From positions 16,451 through 80,450 of the forward strand of contig DASSHA010000069.1 of NCBI GenBank assembly GCA_035693145.1: a DNA stretch of 64,000 nucleotides. Reading direction: 5' to 3'. Each line of letters begins with the position of its first letter. The first letter of the stretch is position 1. This document shows positions 17,562 to 26,922 of this stretch, in pieces. Position numbers and translations under genes: made by a program. The DNA is from Candidatus Limnocylindrales bacterium. Its GTDB lineage: Bacteria; Chloroflexota; Limnocylindria; Limnocylindrales; CSP1-4. The notes below the pieces were generated by a model that was not told the origin of the DNA, ran no database searches, and saw only the letters and a program-made list of their open reading frames with translations.

Positions 17562-18327
17562 GGCCGTCCTCGTGGTCTCGCAGGAATGGCCTGGGCGGTC
17601 GGAGCCGCCCGAGGAGGTACTCGACGTACGCCCGGCGCGCCGCCGACGCGTCCGGGAACCGGCCGTCTTCCAGCAGCCAGACGTCGGGGACGAGCCCGAC
17701 GATCTCGTCCACGAGCTCGGGCGTCAGCAGCGGCGCGAGGTGCGCGTCGGCCTCGGCGAGGGGTCCGGCGAACGGAAGGAGGATGTGGTCGCGCGTCCGG
17801 GGGAACGGCTGTCGGGCGTGCCGCTCGGGATCGCGCCAGGTGTGCTGGATGTAGAGCGCGGCACCGTGGTCGATCAGCCACAGCCCGTCGTGCCACGACA
17901 GGATGTTCGCATTGCGCGGCGAGCGATCCGGGTTCGTCACGAACGCGTCGAACCAGACGACCTCGGCTGCGAGCGACGGCTCCGGCGCCCGATCCGCGAC
18001 GGGACTCCAGGCGAGGGCACCGGGCAGGAAGTCGAGGCCCACGTTCAACCCGCCGCTGCCTTCGAGGAGCGCGTGGATCTCCGCGTCCGGCTCCGCTGCC
18101 GCGAGACGCGGGTCGAGCTCGACGAGCACGATCTCGGGCACCGGCAGTCCGAGCGAGCGTCCGATCTCGCCGACGACGAGCTCGGCGATGAGCGCCTTGA
18201 CGCCCTGGCCGGCGCCCCGCCATTTGACGACGTAGAGGCCGTCGTCGTCCGCCTCGACGAGACCCGGCACTGAGCCGCCTTCGCGAAACGGCGTGACGTA
18301 CCGGGTCGCGGTCACGGTCCGAACCAT
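17551..18327 (-). CDS. HipA-like kinase domain protein (HipA_C-type catalytic motif)
   Basis: Compare FDAFVTNPDRSPRNANIL with the HipA catalytic loop VFNVLIGNTDDHLKNFSLL. Other markers are LIDHGAAL and an N-lobe Lys (VVKWRGAGQG). I chose the start at ATG 18327. The longer ORF upstream is low-complexity. Confidence 0.5.
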   Translation of the reverse strand: MVRTVTATRYVTPFREGGSVPGLVEADDDGLYVVKWRGAGQGVKALIAELVVGEIGRSLGLPVPEIVLVELDPRLAAAEPDAEIHALLEGSGGLNVGLDFLPGALAWSPVADRAPEPSLAAEVVWFDAFVTNPDRSPRNANILSWHDGLWLIDHGAALYIQHTWRDPERHARQPFPRTRDHILLPFAGPLAEADAHLAPLLTPELVDEIVGLVPDVWLLEDGRFPDASAARRAYVEYLLGRLRPPRPFLRDHEDGRAA

Positions 18328-18361
18328 CGGCGCGAGTGTACGGGCGGCCGTCGGGGCCGGA

Positions 18362-18775
18362 TCAGCGCTCGACGTACGAGGCGAGTCGATCGAGCAGGTC
18401 GGTCCACGCCCGGCGGTAGTCGTCGGCGGTCGATTCCAGATCGACCCGCCGATGGCGGACCACGATCTGCGTGTCGCCGCCGAGATCGCCGAGACGGATG
18501 TCGACCTCCGTCGTCGGACCGGGTTCGTCGGTCCAGCGCCACGTGAATGCGAGGCGACCAGGCCGATCCGCGGCGAGGACGCGGCCATCCACGGCGAGGG
18601 GGCCGGACGTCGGGTGGTCGGCCTCGAAGCTGTACGCCGCGCCGGGCGTCGGGACGAAGGCGATCCGCGGCTGCCACGGCCAGAACCAGGCCGCGAGGCG
18701 ATCGGGTTCGGTCAGCGCCGCCCAGACCTCGTCGGGCGGGGCGTCGAGCGTTCGCTCGACGACGGCCTCATGCAC
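18362..18775 (-). CDS. SRPBCC-superfamily protein (AHSA1/Bet v1-like fold)
   Basis: VERTLDAPPDEVWAALTEPDRLAAWFWP is typical of the AHSA1/SRPBCC N-terminus. GTG start at 18775. Confidence 0.6.
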   Translation of the reverse strand: MHEAVVERTLDAPPDEVWAALTEPDRLAAWFWPWQPRIAFVPTPGAAYSFEADHPTSGPLAVDGRVLAADRPGRLAFTWRWTDEPGPTTEVDIRLGDLGGDTQIVVRHRRVDLESTADDYRRAWTDLLDRLASYVER

Positions 18776-18872
18776 CCGACGATCATGCCTTCGCGGGGCT
18801 CGGCGAGCTGTCCCCACCGACCGATGACGAACCGGCCGGATCGACGAAGCCGGCCCGGGGGCCGAGTCGAAC

Positions 18873-19103
18873 CTAGAGGTCGCCCCCCGGCTGGTGCTCG
18901 GTCGATGGCGTCTCGCCACGGTCGACGGCATCCTCGGTCGGCGCGTCGGCCGGGTTCGACTTCCGTGCCGCGTCGGCGTCGCGAACGTCCGACGGACGTC
19001 CTTCGGCCCCCGATCGGGCGCTGTCGGTCACGCCGAGCGGGCGACCCTCGCCGCGCTCGCCGCCTTCGCGATTCCGTGCGTCCTGCTCGTGCTCGCTGGT
19101 CAT
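18873..19103 (-). CDS. Small acidic hydrophilic protein (76 aa), hypothetical
   Basis: The ATG is 5 nt after the strong SD GGAGGAG. The product is MTSEHEQDARNREGGERGEGRPLGVTDSARSGAEGRPSDVRDAD ... Confidence 0.4.
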   Translation of the reverse strand: MTSEHEQDARNREGGERGEGRPLGVTDSARSGAEGRPSDVRDADAARKSNPADAPTEDAVDRGETPSTEHQPGGDL

Positions 19104-19263
19104 CGGTCTCCTCCGTTCGGTCGTGCCGAGAAGGGTGGGGGACCCAACGCCCCGCGCGCGGCGCACCGCACGAGCACCGCCGTCGCATCCGCGTGTCGGT
19201 TCGGGCCGCTGCCCCGTGCCGAGTGCCGCCGTCGGAGCCGGTCGCCCGCGGGCACCCGCGAGC

Positions 19264-20394
19264 TCAACCGGCGTCGAGCTCGCGGAGAAGCGCGGCGACC
19301 TCGAGGGCGTTCGTCGCCCCGTAGTTGCCGTAGCAGTTGTTCATGAGCACGTGCGTGTCGCGCGCCTGCTTGGCTGCCTCGCGGATCCGCGGCACCCAGT
19401 CTTCGAGCTCGGAGCGATCGTAGAGGTACCGGAAGCGCTCGACCGGCGTGACCCCGCTCTGCTCCCACGTCGCGGCGCGTCGGCCGTGGAAGCGGACGAC
19501 CGCGAGGTCCGGCGACGGGACCGCGACGATCGGCGGAACGCTGGACTTCGTGCCCTGCGGCGCGTCGACCATGACGAGCGGGATGTGCTCGTCCTCGAGG
19601 AAGCGGAGCGTCCGCTCGAGGTTCTTCTCGTTGAACCAGCTCGCGTTGCGGAACTCGACGGCGACGGGCAGCCCGAGCTCGCCGAGCCGGGCCTTGGCCT
19701 CCCGAATCGCATCCCGGTTCTGCGACGAGGTGAAGAACCACTTCGGATACTGGAGGAAGATCGCCCCCAGCTGGTGATGCTCGCGGAGCGGGTCGACGCC
19801 GTCGGCGAACGCCCGCCAGATCTCCGTCGAGAGCTCGTCGGGCAGATCCTTGAGGTAGATCCGGCCCTTCGCACCGAGCTCTTCGGGGAGCGCCTCGCGG
19901 ATCGCCTTGGGGAGGCGCCGAGTCTCCGTGCCCTGGCCCGTCAGGAGCGCGTGAGCCTTGACGTCGAACGTGAAGTCCGGCGGCGTCCGCTCCACCCACA
20001 GCTCGGACGTTCGGCGCTGCGGAAGCGCGTAGTAGGTCGCGTCGACCTCGACGACCGGGAAGCGCGACGCGTAGTAGGCGAGCCGCTCTTCCGCCGTGTC
20101 CGCGGCGGCCGGGTAGAAGACGCCCGCGGCCGTCATCGTCGGGTCGGTCCAGCTCGCCGTCCCGACGCGCACGAGTCCGGGGGCCGAACCGTTGGGACCT
20201 GCGACCTCGATCGGCTCGGTCGCGACATCCTCGCGGAGGTCGCCGGCGCGCTCCGAGGCCGCTTCGTAGCCAGGGTCATGAACGCGGTCGAGATCGTCCG
20301 CCCGAGTCTCGAGCGTCCGCCGCACGGCGGCCGCGCTGTCCGCCTTCGAGGTGGCTGTCCGTCCGCGCCCCGTCGTCGCCATGGCGGCCATCAT
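19264..20394 (-). CDS. DUF72 (UPF0759/YecE-like) family protein
   Basis: VRVGTASWTD corresponds to the DUF72 GTSGW block. Further matches are FPVVEVDATYYALP and EFRNASWF. The N-terminal start is uncertain. Confidence 0.75.
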   Translation of the reverse strand: MMAAMATTGRGRTATSKADSAAAVRRTLETRADDLDRVHDPGYEAASERAGDLREDVATEPIEVAGPNGSAPGLVRVGTASWTDPTMTAAGVFYPAAADTAEERLAYYASRFPVVEVDATYYALPQRRTSELWVERTPPDFTFDVKAHALLTGQGTETRRLPKAIREALPEELGAKGRIYLKDLPDELSTEIWRAFADGVDPLREHHQLGAIFLQYPKWFFTSSQNRDAIREAKARLGELGLPVAVEFRNASWFNEKNLERTLRFLEDEHIPLVMVDAPQGTKSSVPPIVAVPSPDLAVVRFHGRRAATWEQSGVTPVERFRYLYDRSELEDWVPRIREAAKQARDTHVLMNNCYGNYGATNALEVAALLRELDAG

Positions 20395-20449
20395 GCCGCT
20401 CCGGCGCGACCGGAGCTGTCAGGTTCGTCGGACGCAGTCGACTCGCGAC

Positions 20450-21319
20450 CTACGGGTTGCACTGCCCCGGGTCGCCGCTCTGGTAGCCGACCGTGAACCA
20501 GTGCTGGCGCTGCTGGGACGACCCGTGGGTCCAGGTCTCCGGGTTGACGCGGCCCTGGAACTCCTGCTGGATCCGATCGTCGCCGACCGCCGCGGCCGCG
20601 TCGAGCGCGTCGTTGATCTGTGCCTGCGTCGGAGCCTGAAGGAATCCGGTGTCGGCGGCATGCTTCGTCCAGACGCCGGCGAAGCAGTCGGCCTGGAGCT
20701 CGGTCTTCACGGATTCGCTGTTCGCGCCCTGGCCGCCCCCACCGGCCGACAGCAGCCCGAGCAGGTCCTGCGCGTGATGGCCGTACTCGTGGGCGACGAC
20801 GTAGCCCTGCGCGAGGGATCCACCCTGTGCGCCGAACTTCGTCTTCAGGTCGTCGAAGAAGCCCAGATCGAGGTACACGCGCCGGTCGCTCGGGCAGTAG
20901 AACGGCCCGACCTCCGTCGACGCAACCCCGCAGCCGGTGTCCGTCTGGCCCGTGAACAGGACGGTGGGCGCGTTCTCGTAGCTCTCGCCGCTCTGCTGGA
21001 ACTCCTGCTGCCAGTACGCCTGAACGCTATTCACGTAGCCGACGACCCGGCAGTCCTCTCGCTGGTTCGCGTCGGCGCCCGTCTTGCAGTCCTGTCCGAG
21101 CGAGCTGTCGGCGCCGCCGCCGTTGAGCACGCCGGACGAGCTGCCACCGCCGAGGATCCCGCTGTTGAGCAGCAGGAAGATGAGGGTGACGACGAGACCG
21201 AGGCCACCGCCACCCATCACGACGGGAGAGCCGCCGAGCCCGCCGCGGAAGCCACCGCCCCCGCCGCGGGCGTCCTCGACCTGGGACGGGTCGAGCGATG
21301 CATTCGGGTTGAAGGTCAT
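20450..21319 (-). CDS. Neutral zinc metallopeptidase (YpfJ-like, HExxH) with N-terminal Gly-rich region and TM segment
   Basis: The zinc motif is [10 protein letters not shown]. The overall architecture matches the YpfJ / Zn_peptidase_2 family. Confidence 0.8.
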   Translation of the reverse strand: MTFNPNASLDPSQVEDARGGGGGFRGGLGGSPVVMGGGGLGLVVTLIFLLLNSGILGGGSSSGVLNGGGADSSLGQDCKTGADANQREDCRVVGYVNSVQAYWQQEFQQSGESYENAPTVLFTGQTDTGCGVASTEVGPFYCPSDRRVYLDLGFFDDLKTKFGAQGGSLAQGYVVAHEYGHHAQDLLGLLSAGGGGQGANSESVKTELQADCFAGVWTKHAADTGFLQAPTQAQINDALDAAAAVGDDRIQQEFQGRVNPETWTHGSSQQRQHWFTVGYQSGDPGQCNP

Positions 21320-21430
21320 CGACTGTTCTCCAGGCGGTCGTCGGAACCCGGAGTATCGCTGCGCGCGGCCGCTGCGTGCGACGATCCCGGCGGGCGTGTC
21401 CGTCGCAGATGCGTGGCGATGCCCGCGGCG

Positions 21431-22723
21431 TCAGCCGAGCGCGAGCACCCGATAGCGCGCCTCGCCGCGCGGCGTCCGCACGCTCACCTCGTCGCCGGCG
21501 GAAGCGCCGACGAGCGCGCGTCCGACCGGTGAGGCGTCGGAGATCCGGCCGGCCGTGGGGTCCGATTCGGTCGGCCCGACGATCGTGAACACGAGCTCCT
21601 CGCCACCGATCTCGACGGTGACACGCGAGCCGAGCCCGATGCGCGGGTGGGTGGTGTCGACATTCTCGATCTCGGTCGGCGCGACGATGACCGCCGACCG
21701 GAGGCGCGCCTCGAGCGCCTGGATCCGGCCCTCGAGGAACGACTGCTCCTCGCGCGCCGCCTGGTAGTCGGCGTTCTCCTTGAGGTCGCCGAGCTCGCGG
21801 GCCCGTCGGATCCGGTCGATGACCTCCGGGCGCCGCTCGCGGGTCAGCTGGTCGAGCTCGGCTCGCAGCCGCTCGAGGCCATCCGACGTGAGCCGGGTTG
21901 CGGCTGGTTGCGGCCGACCCTGGCCTGCCGCCGTGGTGCGGGCCGCAATCCGTCGCGGCGTCACCGGCACGATCGCCGATACCGGCGGCGCGGGCCGTGA
22001 CCGCGGGGACGCTCGCGGCGTCCGCGGAGCCGTCGTGTTCGTTCGTCGCCGGGTGCCGCTTCCGCGCTCCTCGTTCCGTGCGCCGTCGGCGTCGCCCTGC
22101 GGCAGTTCGACGAGGCGCGTCGGGATCGGCGCGGGTTCGCGCTCGACCGGCAGCGTCGACCCCGTGATGCCCGTCGCCTTGCGCTCGCCCGTCGATCGTC
22201 GAAGGTTCGCGAACGGCAGCACGATCGACTGGTCCGGCAGCGCCGAGCGCTCCTCGGGTGGAACGCTCGCTCCGAACGCGTCGAGCAGGGCGTCCTCGTA
22301 CTCCTCGGGCGCGTCGGTCTCGGCCCAGCGGACGCGCAGCCCGGTGACCGAGAGCGTCCGCAGCCACTGGCTCGCGGCATGCGGCCGGGCGTCCCCGAGG
22401 ACGTGCGCCTCGAGCGCCCGGATCCGGCCGGCGAGCGTCCGTTCGGACGTCCCGATGAAGAGGACCGTCGCGCTCGGGATCCAGAACGCCTCGAGGCGGG
22501 CCCGCAGCGCACGCGACGTCGGGACCTCGCCATCGAGCCGGAGCGAGGGCACACGCTCGATCCACTTGCCGATCGTCGACAGCTCGATGGGAGCCTTGGG
22601 CAAGGGTTCTACGAGCTCGATCAGGAAGACGCCCGGTCGCCGCGACGCCACCGGCCGCCCAAGGAGCGCGAGCCCATCTGTGGCCAGCCCGACGGCCGTG
22701 AGGAGGTCGGAGGCGGAGGTCAC
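21431..22723 (-). CDS. greA: GreA/GreB-family transcript cleavage factor with a roughly 270-aa N-terminal extension (structured domain plus disordered Arg/Pro/Thr-rich linker)
   Basis: The C-terminal 160 aa are GreA-like (LTSDGLERLRAELDQLTRERRPEVIDRIRRARELGDLKENADYQAAREEQSFLEGRIQALEARL ... ISDASPVGRALVGASAGDEVSV). The N-terminal roughly 190 aa look folded (GVFLIELVEPLPKAPIELSTIGKWIERVPSLR ...). There is no in-frame stop between the two parts. Confidence 0.7.
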   Translation of the reverse strand: MTSASDLLTAVGLATDGLALLGRPVASRRPGVFLIELVEPLPKAPIELSTIGKWIERVPSLRLDGEVPTSRALRARLEAFWIPSATVLFIGTSERTLAGRIRALEAHVLGDARPHAASQWLRTLSVTGLRVRWAETDAPEEYEDALLDAFGASVPPEERSALPDQSIVLPFANLRRSTGERKATGITGSTLPVEREPAPIPTRLVELPQGDADGARNEERGSGTRRRTNTTAPRTPRASPRSRPAPPVSAIVPVTPRRIAARTTAAGQGRPQPAATRLTSDGLERLRAELDQLTRERRPEVIDRIRRARELGDLKENADYQAAREEQSFLEGRIQALEARLRSAVIVAPTEIENVDTTHPRIGLGSRVTVEIGGEELVFTIVGPTESDPTAGRISDASPVGRALVGASAGDEVSVRTPRGEARYRVLALG

Positions 22724-22920
22724 GTTCTGATCCTACCGGGCGGGCCGCCGATCCGAAGGTGAGCACCGATCGAGGCGTGTCCGGCGAGCTCGGCTCACAA
22801 CCTGCTCAGCGTCTCGAAGGGGTTACGCGAACAGAGGATAAACCTGACACTCCCTGGCAGGTCCGCACGGTAGCTTGGAGCCCCACGAACGGACCACGGA
22901 AGGTGGGGAAAGGGGACGCC

Positions 22921-23076
22921 ATGTCCACGATCGAGCTCCTCCAGGTGATCGAGGATGACCGCCGCCGCCAGGCTGAACGGTCGAACCTCGTGCGGCTCGC
23001 TCGGCGCGCGTCGACCGGCCGGATCCATCGCCGCTCGTTCCCGGAGCGAGTGGGCCGCTGGCTGCGCGGCAGCTGA
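22921..23076 (+). CDS. Small basic protein (51 aa), hypothetical
   Basis: ATG 22921 is preceded by GGAAAGGGGACGCC. The product is MSTIELLQVIEDDRRRQAERSNLVRLARRASTGRIHRRSFPERVGRWLRGS. Weak evidence only. Confidence 0.3.
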   Translation: MSTIELLQVIEDDRRRQAERSNLVRLARRASTGRIHRRSFPERVGRWLRGS

Positions 23077-23101
23077 CGAAGCCACCCGGCGCGGTCGCCG
23101 G

Positions 23102-24106
23102 TCAGTCGCCGACGATCGCCGGCTCTTGCTCGCGAGAAGCCTCCGCGTACCGCTCCAGCACGGATCGCGCCAGCCGCACGAGTGGCGCGCGAAGTCGTTG
23201 TGGTTCGACGAGCTCGGCCCGGGATCCGAGTCGGAGGAGCGCGGCCACGGCGTCGTCCTCCCAGGTGAAGCGGGCTCGCACGAGCGCGGGCGAGCCCGGG
23301 CTGGCGCCGGGTTCCACGACTTCGATGCCGTCGCCGCCGATCGTCTCGTCAACCGCCGCGACGTCGGACGCCGGGACCCGGAGGAGGACCTCCACGACGG
23401 GCTGCGCCTGCTCGAAAGCGGCGATCGAGGCCGACCAGTAGGCGGCGAGATCGAACCGCTCGGGGCGGGCGAACGTTTCGTCGGTCAGCCGGACGTCGGC
23501 GACGCGCGAGACGCGGTACGTCCGTTCCTGCCTCGCGGCCGTCCGCCCGACGAGGTACCAGATCCCGGCCTTGAGGACGAGGCCCAGGGGTTCGAGCCGG
23601 CGCTGCACGACGTCGCCCTGGCCCGGTCGCTGGTAATCGAGCTCGACGATCCTCGCCTCCCACACGGCCTGCGCCAGGCCCGCCAGGTGAGGCAGCGCTT
23701 CGCCGCGCCGGAACCAGCCCGGAGCGTCAAGGTGGAAGCGCTCGTTGATGCGCGTGGCCCGCGCGCGAAGCTCGGGCGGGAGCGCGGCCAGCACCTTGAG
23801 GCGGGCGGCGGTGACGACGGTGCCGAGCCCGAGCTCCGCGGCCGGTCCCGGGAGCCCGGAGAGGAACAGCCCTTCGGCCTCCTCGGGCGTCAGTCCGGTC
23901 AACCGCGTCCGGTACCCGTCGACGAGCCGGACGCCGCCGTGCGGGCCGCGCTCGGCGTAGATGGGCACGCCCGCCTCCGCCAGCGCCTCGACGTCGCGGT
24001 AGACGGTCCGGACCGAGACCTCGAGCTGACGGGCGAGCTCGGCGGCTGTGAGTCCGCCGCGCGTCTGGAGGATGAGCAGCAGATTGACGAGCCGGCTCGC
24101 GCGCAC
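23102..24106 (-). CDS. WYL-domain transcriptional regulator (DeoR-type HTH + WYL, PafBC/YafY-like)
   Basis: The N-terminal HTH is LTAAELARQLEVSVRTVYRDVEAL. The WYL motif is GIWYLVGR. A C-terminal WCX-like region follows. Confidence 0.85.
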   Translation of the reverse strand: MRASRLVNLLLILQTRGGLTAAELARQLEVSVRTVYRDVEALAEAGVPIYAERGPHGGVRLVDGYRTRLTGLTPEEAEGLFLSGLPGPAAELGLGTVVTAARLKVLAALPPELRARATRINERFHLDAPGWFRRGEALPHLAGLAQAVWEARIVELDYQRPGQGDVVQRRLEPLGLVLKAGIWYLVGRTAARQERTYRVSRVADVRLTDETFARPERFDLAAYWSASIAAFEQAQPVVEVLLRVPASDVAAVDETIGGDGIEVVEPGASPGSPALVRARFTWEDDAVAALLRLGSRAELVEPQRLRAPLVRLARSVLERYAEASREQEPAIVGD

Positions 24107-24260
24107 CCGCGGATGATAGGCCGGCGTGGGCGCTACCTGACGATCGGTGTCAGCTTCACGATGCGGGCGATGTGGCCGGACGCGCGGCCGATAGCCAGCG
24201 GTAATGCGATCGCCCGGCGCTGCGAGCGGTCGCGCAGTGTCGCCCGGATAGGGTCAGACG

Positions 24261-24458
24261 GTGCTGATCGAGACAGTCGAGCGACGACCCCTCGCCGACC
24301 GCATCGCCCAATGCGACGGTTGCGGCCGGCGATTCCCGTTCCGACGGGCAGGCCTCGTCGAGGATGGAGCCATCCTCTGCTCCTCCTGTGCGAACGTCGA
24401 CGTCCTCGCCGACGCCGTCGATCCGGGCGGCGACCTGGCAGAGCCGATCCTCGGCTGA
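24261..24458 (+). CDS. Small zinc-ribbon protein (CxxC ... CxxC), hypothetical
   Basis: It starts at GTG 24261. The cysteine pairs are CDGC and CSSC. Confidence 0.4.
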   Translation: MLIETVERRPLADRIAQCDGCGRRFPFRRAGLVEDGAILCSSCANVDVLADAVDPGGDLAEPILG

Positions 24459-24468
24459 CGGCGGCCCC

Positions 24469-26064
24469 ATGGGCGTCGCTCGGACCGCCATGCAACGCGG
24501 GCCGGTCCGGGCGATGGATCCTGCCGTGAGCATCCGGCGTCTGGCCGGGGTGCATCTCGCGGCGATCGCGGCCTTCGGGTTCGGGCTCCTGGTCTACGTC
24601 CCGACCCTCCTGCCGGGCGTGGCATTCGGCGACTGGGCGGAGATGCAGACGGCGCCGCTCCTGCTCGAGATCCCGCACCCGACCGGCTTCCCGCTCTACA
24701 TCCTGCTCGGCCGGCTCTGGCTGCTCGTCGAGCCGTTCGGCTCCGTCGCCTGGCGGATGAACCTGTTCGCGGCCGTCGTCGTGGCGGGAGCGGCAGCGGT
24801 CGCGACCGTCACCGCGGCGCGGCTCGGTGCCCGGCCCGTGCTCGCGCTCGCCGGCGGAATGCTTCTTGCGGCCACCGGGACCGTCTGGGACGCCGCGACC
24901 GCTGCCGAGGTGAACGGTCTCCACCTCCTCCTCGTCTCGCTGCTCGTCTTTCTCGCCGTCCGCTGGCGCGACGAGCAGCGACCGCGCGACATCCTCCTGG
25001 GCGGCCTGCTGGCCGGGCTCGCGGTGAGCAACCATCTCCTCGCGCTCGCCGCGGACGCGGTCATCGTCCCGCTCGCGCTCTGGGCCGGCCGTCGCACCCT
25101 TCTGCAGCGGCCGTGGCTCGTGCCGGCCGCCGGCGCGCTCTCGCTCGTCGGCCTCGCGCCGTACCTTTTCATCCCGATCCGCGTCGCCCTGTCGGCACCC
25201 ATCGAGTATCCCGCCCTCCGGACGTTGAGCGGCATCTGGGACCACATCACGGGCGTCGCCTACCGACGCGACATGCACGTCCTCTCGGGCGACAGCGTCG
25301 CGAACGTCATTCGCGATCTCCCCGGGCTCGCGGCCTATGCCGTCGCGGAGGTCGGCGGCGTGGGCGTCATCGCACTCATCCTCTCGGTCCTCGGTCTGGC
25401 CACGCTCGTCCGACGCGACCCGTGGTCGGCGGCGCTGACGGTCGCCCTGCTCGCGATAACGCTCGATCTGTTCGTCGGCTATCGCGGCGACCTGCCGCAC
25501 TATCTCCTCGCGGGCTGGCTGGTCGTCGCGATCTGGGCTGCTCTCGGGTTCGAGGCGATCGCCCGAACGTTCGAGACGCGCTGGGCCGGCGCGCGTCCCC
25601 GCTCCGTGGCCCGGTCCGCCCTGTTTCCCGTCGTCCCGCTCGCGCTCGTCGTCCCGCTCCTCGCCGCGCTGGTCAACCTGCCCGCTCATGACCGATCCGC
25701 GGACGAAACCGCGCCGCGCTTCGTCGACACGGTCCTCGCGAGCCTCCCGGCGAACGCGATCGTGTTCACGTACTGGGACGCGGGCGAGGCGCTTCACTAC
25801 GCCGAATGCGTCGAGCACCGGCGACCCGATGTCGACGTCATCGCACCGGACGACTGGGTCTCGTTTCGTCCCTGTACCGGCATGACGGCCGACATCGCCC
25901 TTCGCTCCGGCCGGCCGCTGTACGCCCTGGCCTACGCCGGACGAGGGTTGGGATCGATCGCCGGCCGCTTCACGGCGACGCCGGTCACCGAGCTCGCGGT
26001 GCCGTTCGGCGGTCTCGCCCTCGACCACGAGACGGCGCTCCTGAGGCTCACGCCGACGAGCTGA
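24469..26064 (+). CDS. DUF2723-like polytopic membrane protein (GT39/PMT-like putative glycosyltransferase)
   Basis: FGDWAEMQTAPLLLEIPHPTGFPLY matches the DUF2723 N-terminal motif, followed by many TM helices. The start is ambiguous among ATGs 24469, 24490 and 24514. Confidence 0.65.
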   Translation: MGVARTAMQRGPVRAMDPAVSIRRLAGVHLAAIAAFGFGLLVYVPTLLPGVAFGDWAEMQTAPLLLEIPHPTGFPLYILLGRLWLLVEPFGSVAWRMNLFAAVVVAGAAAVATVTAARLGARPVLALAGGMLLAATGTVWDAATAAEVNGLHLLLVSLLVFLAVRWRDEQRPRDILLGGLLAGLAVSNHLLALAADAVIVPLALWAGRRTLLQRPWLVPAAGALSLVGLAPYLFIPIRVALSAPIEYPALRTLSGIWDHITGVAYRRDMHVLSGDSVANVIRDLPGLAAYAVAEVGGVGVIALILSVLGLATLVRRDPWSAALTVALLAITLDLFVGYRGDLPHYLLAGWLVVAIWAALGFEAIARTFETRWAGARPRSVARSALFPVVPLALVVPLLAALVNLPAHDRSADETAPRFVDTVLASLPANAIVFTYWDAGEALHYAECVEHRRPDVDVIAPDDWVSFRPCTGMTADIALRSGRPLYALAYAGRGLGSIAGRFTATPVTELAVPFGGLALDHETALLRLTPTS

Positions 26065-26106
26065 GATGGACACACCGACCGGCCGAATGCGCGACGGAGG
26101 CACCCG

Positions 26107-26922
26107 ATGCTCCCCTCGTTCATGACCGCGAATTTCGTCGCGCGCGAGGCCGGCTGGCGGATCGACGACTGGGGTGAGGGCGACCGGTCGACCCAGGCGG
26201 CCTTCCGCGACCCGGCGACGTACGAGGCACGCTTCGGCGACCTGCTCGACGAGGCGGTCGCGCTCGGCTTCCGTGCCGTCGACGTCTGGGACGGACACCT
26301 GAACGCGGAGTGGGTGACCGACGAGCAGATCGCGACCGCGCGCCGGCTGCTGGACGCGCGCGGGCTGCGTGTCGCGAGCCTGGCGGGCTGGTTCGGCTCG
26401 ACGCCGGAGCGGTTCGAGCGCACATGCGAGATCGCGGCCGCGCTCGGTGCGCCGATCCTCGGCGGCGGAACGTCGCTCCTGACGACCGCCCGAGCGGCGC
26501 TCGTGGCGGGTCTCGAGCGTCACGACCTCCGGCTGGCGATCGAGAACCACCCGAAGGAACGAACGCCGGACGACATGCTGGCGGAGATCGGGGATGGCGG
26601 GAACGGGCGCATCGGAACGACCGTCGACACCGGCTGGTGGGGGACGCAGGGCGTCGACGCCGCGGACGCGATCCGCGCCCTCGCGCCGCACGTCATGCAC
26701 GTCCACCTGAAGGACGTCCGCGCCGTCGGCGAGCCGCACGAGACATGCCGCTTCGGCGAGGGCGTGGTGCCGATCCGCCGCTGTGTCGAGGCGCTCGGGG
26801 AGATCGGCTACGACGGGGCGATCAGCGTCGAGCACGAGCCCTACGACCGCGACCCGCGGCGTGAGATCGAGCAGAACCTCGGGGACCTGCGCAGCTGGCT
26901 TGCCGGTGAGGCATCGTCGTGA
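26107..26922 (+). CDS. Sugar phosphate isomerase/epimerase (xylose-isomerase-like TIM barrel)
   Basis: Markers are LRLAIENHP, VMHVHLKD and ISVEHEP. This is the AP_endonuc_2/XylA-like fold. Confidence 0.8.
   Translation: MLPSFMTANFVAREAGWRIDDWGEGDRSTQAAFRDPATYEARFGDLLDEAVALGFRAVDVWDGHLNAEWVTDEQIATARRLLDARGLRVASLAGWFGSTPERFERTCEIAAALGAPILGGGTSLLTTARAALVAGLERHDLRLAIENHPKERTPDDMLAEIGDGGNGRIGTTVDTGWWGTQGVDAADAIRALAPHVMHVHLKDVRAVGEPHETCRFGEGVVPIRRCVEALGEIGYDGAISVEHEPYDRDPRREIEQNLGDLRSWLAGEASS

Noticed and set aside
16974-18191. 405-aa plus-strand ORF
   Set aside because: It is antisense to the HipA-like/DUF3037 genes. It is Arg/Pro-rich with no motifs.
24133-26835. 900-aa minus-strand ORF
   Set aside because: It is antisense to the DUF2723 membrane protein and the sugar-phosphate isomerase. 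It is extreme Arg/Asp/Glu low-complexity sequence.
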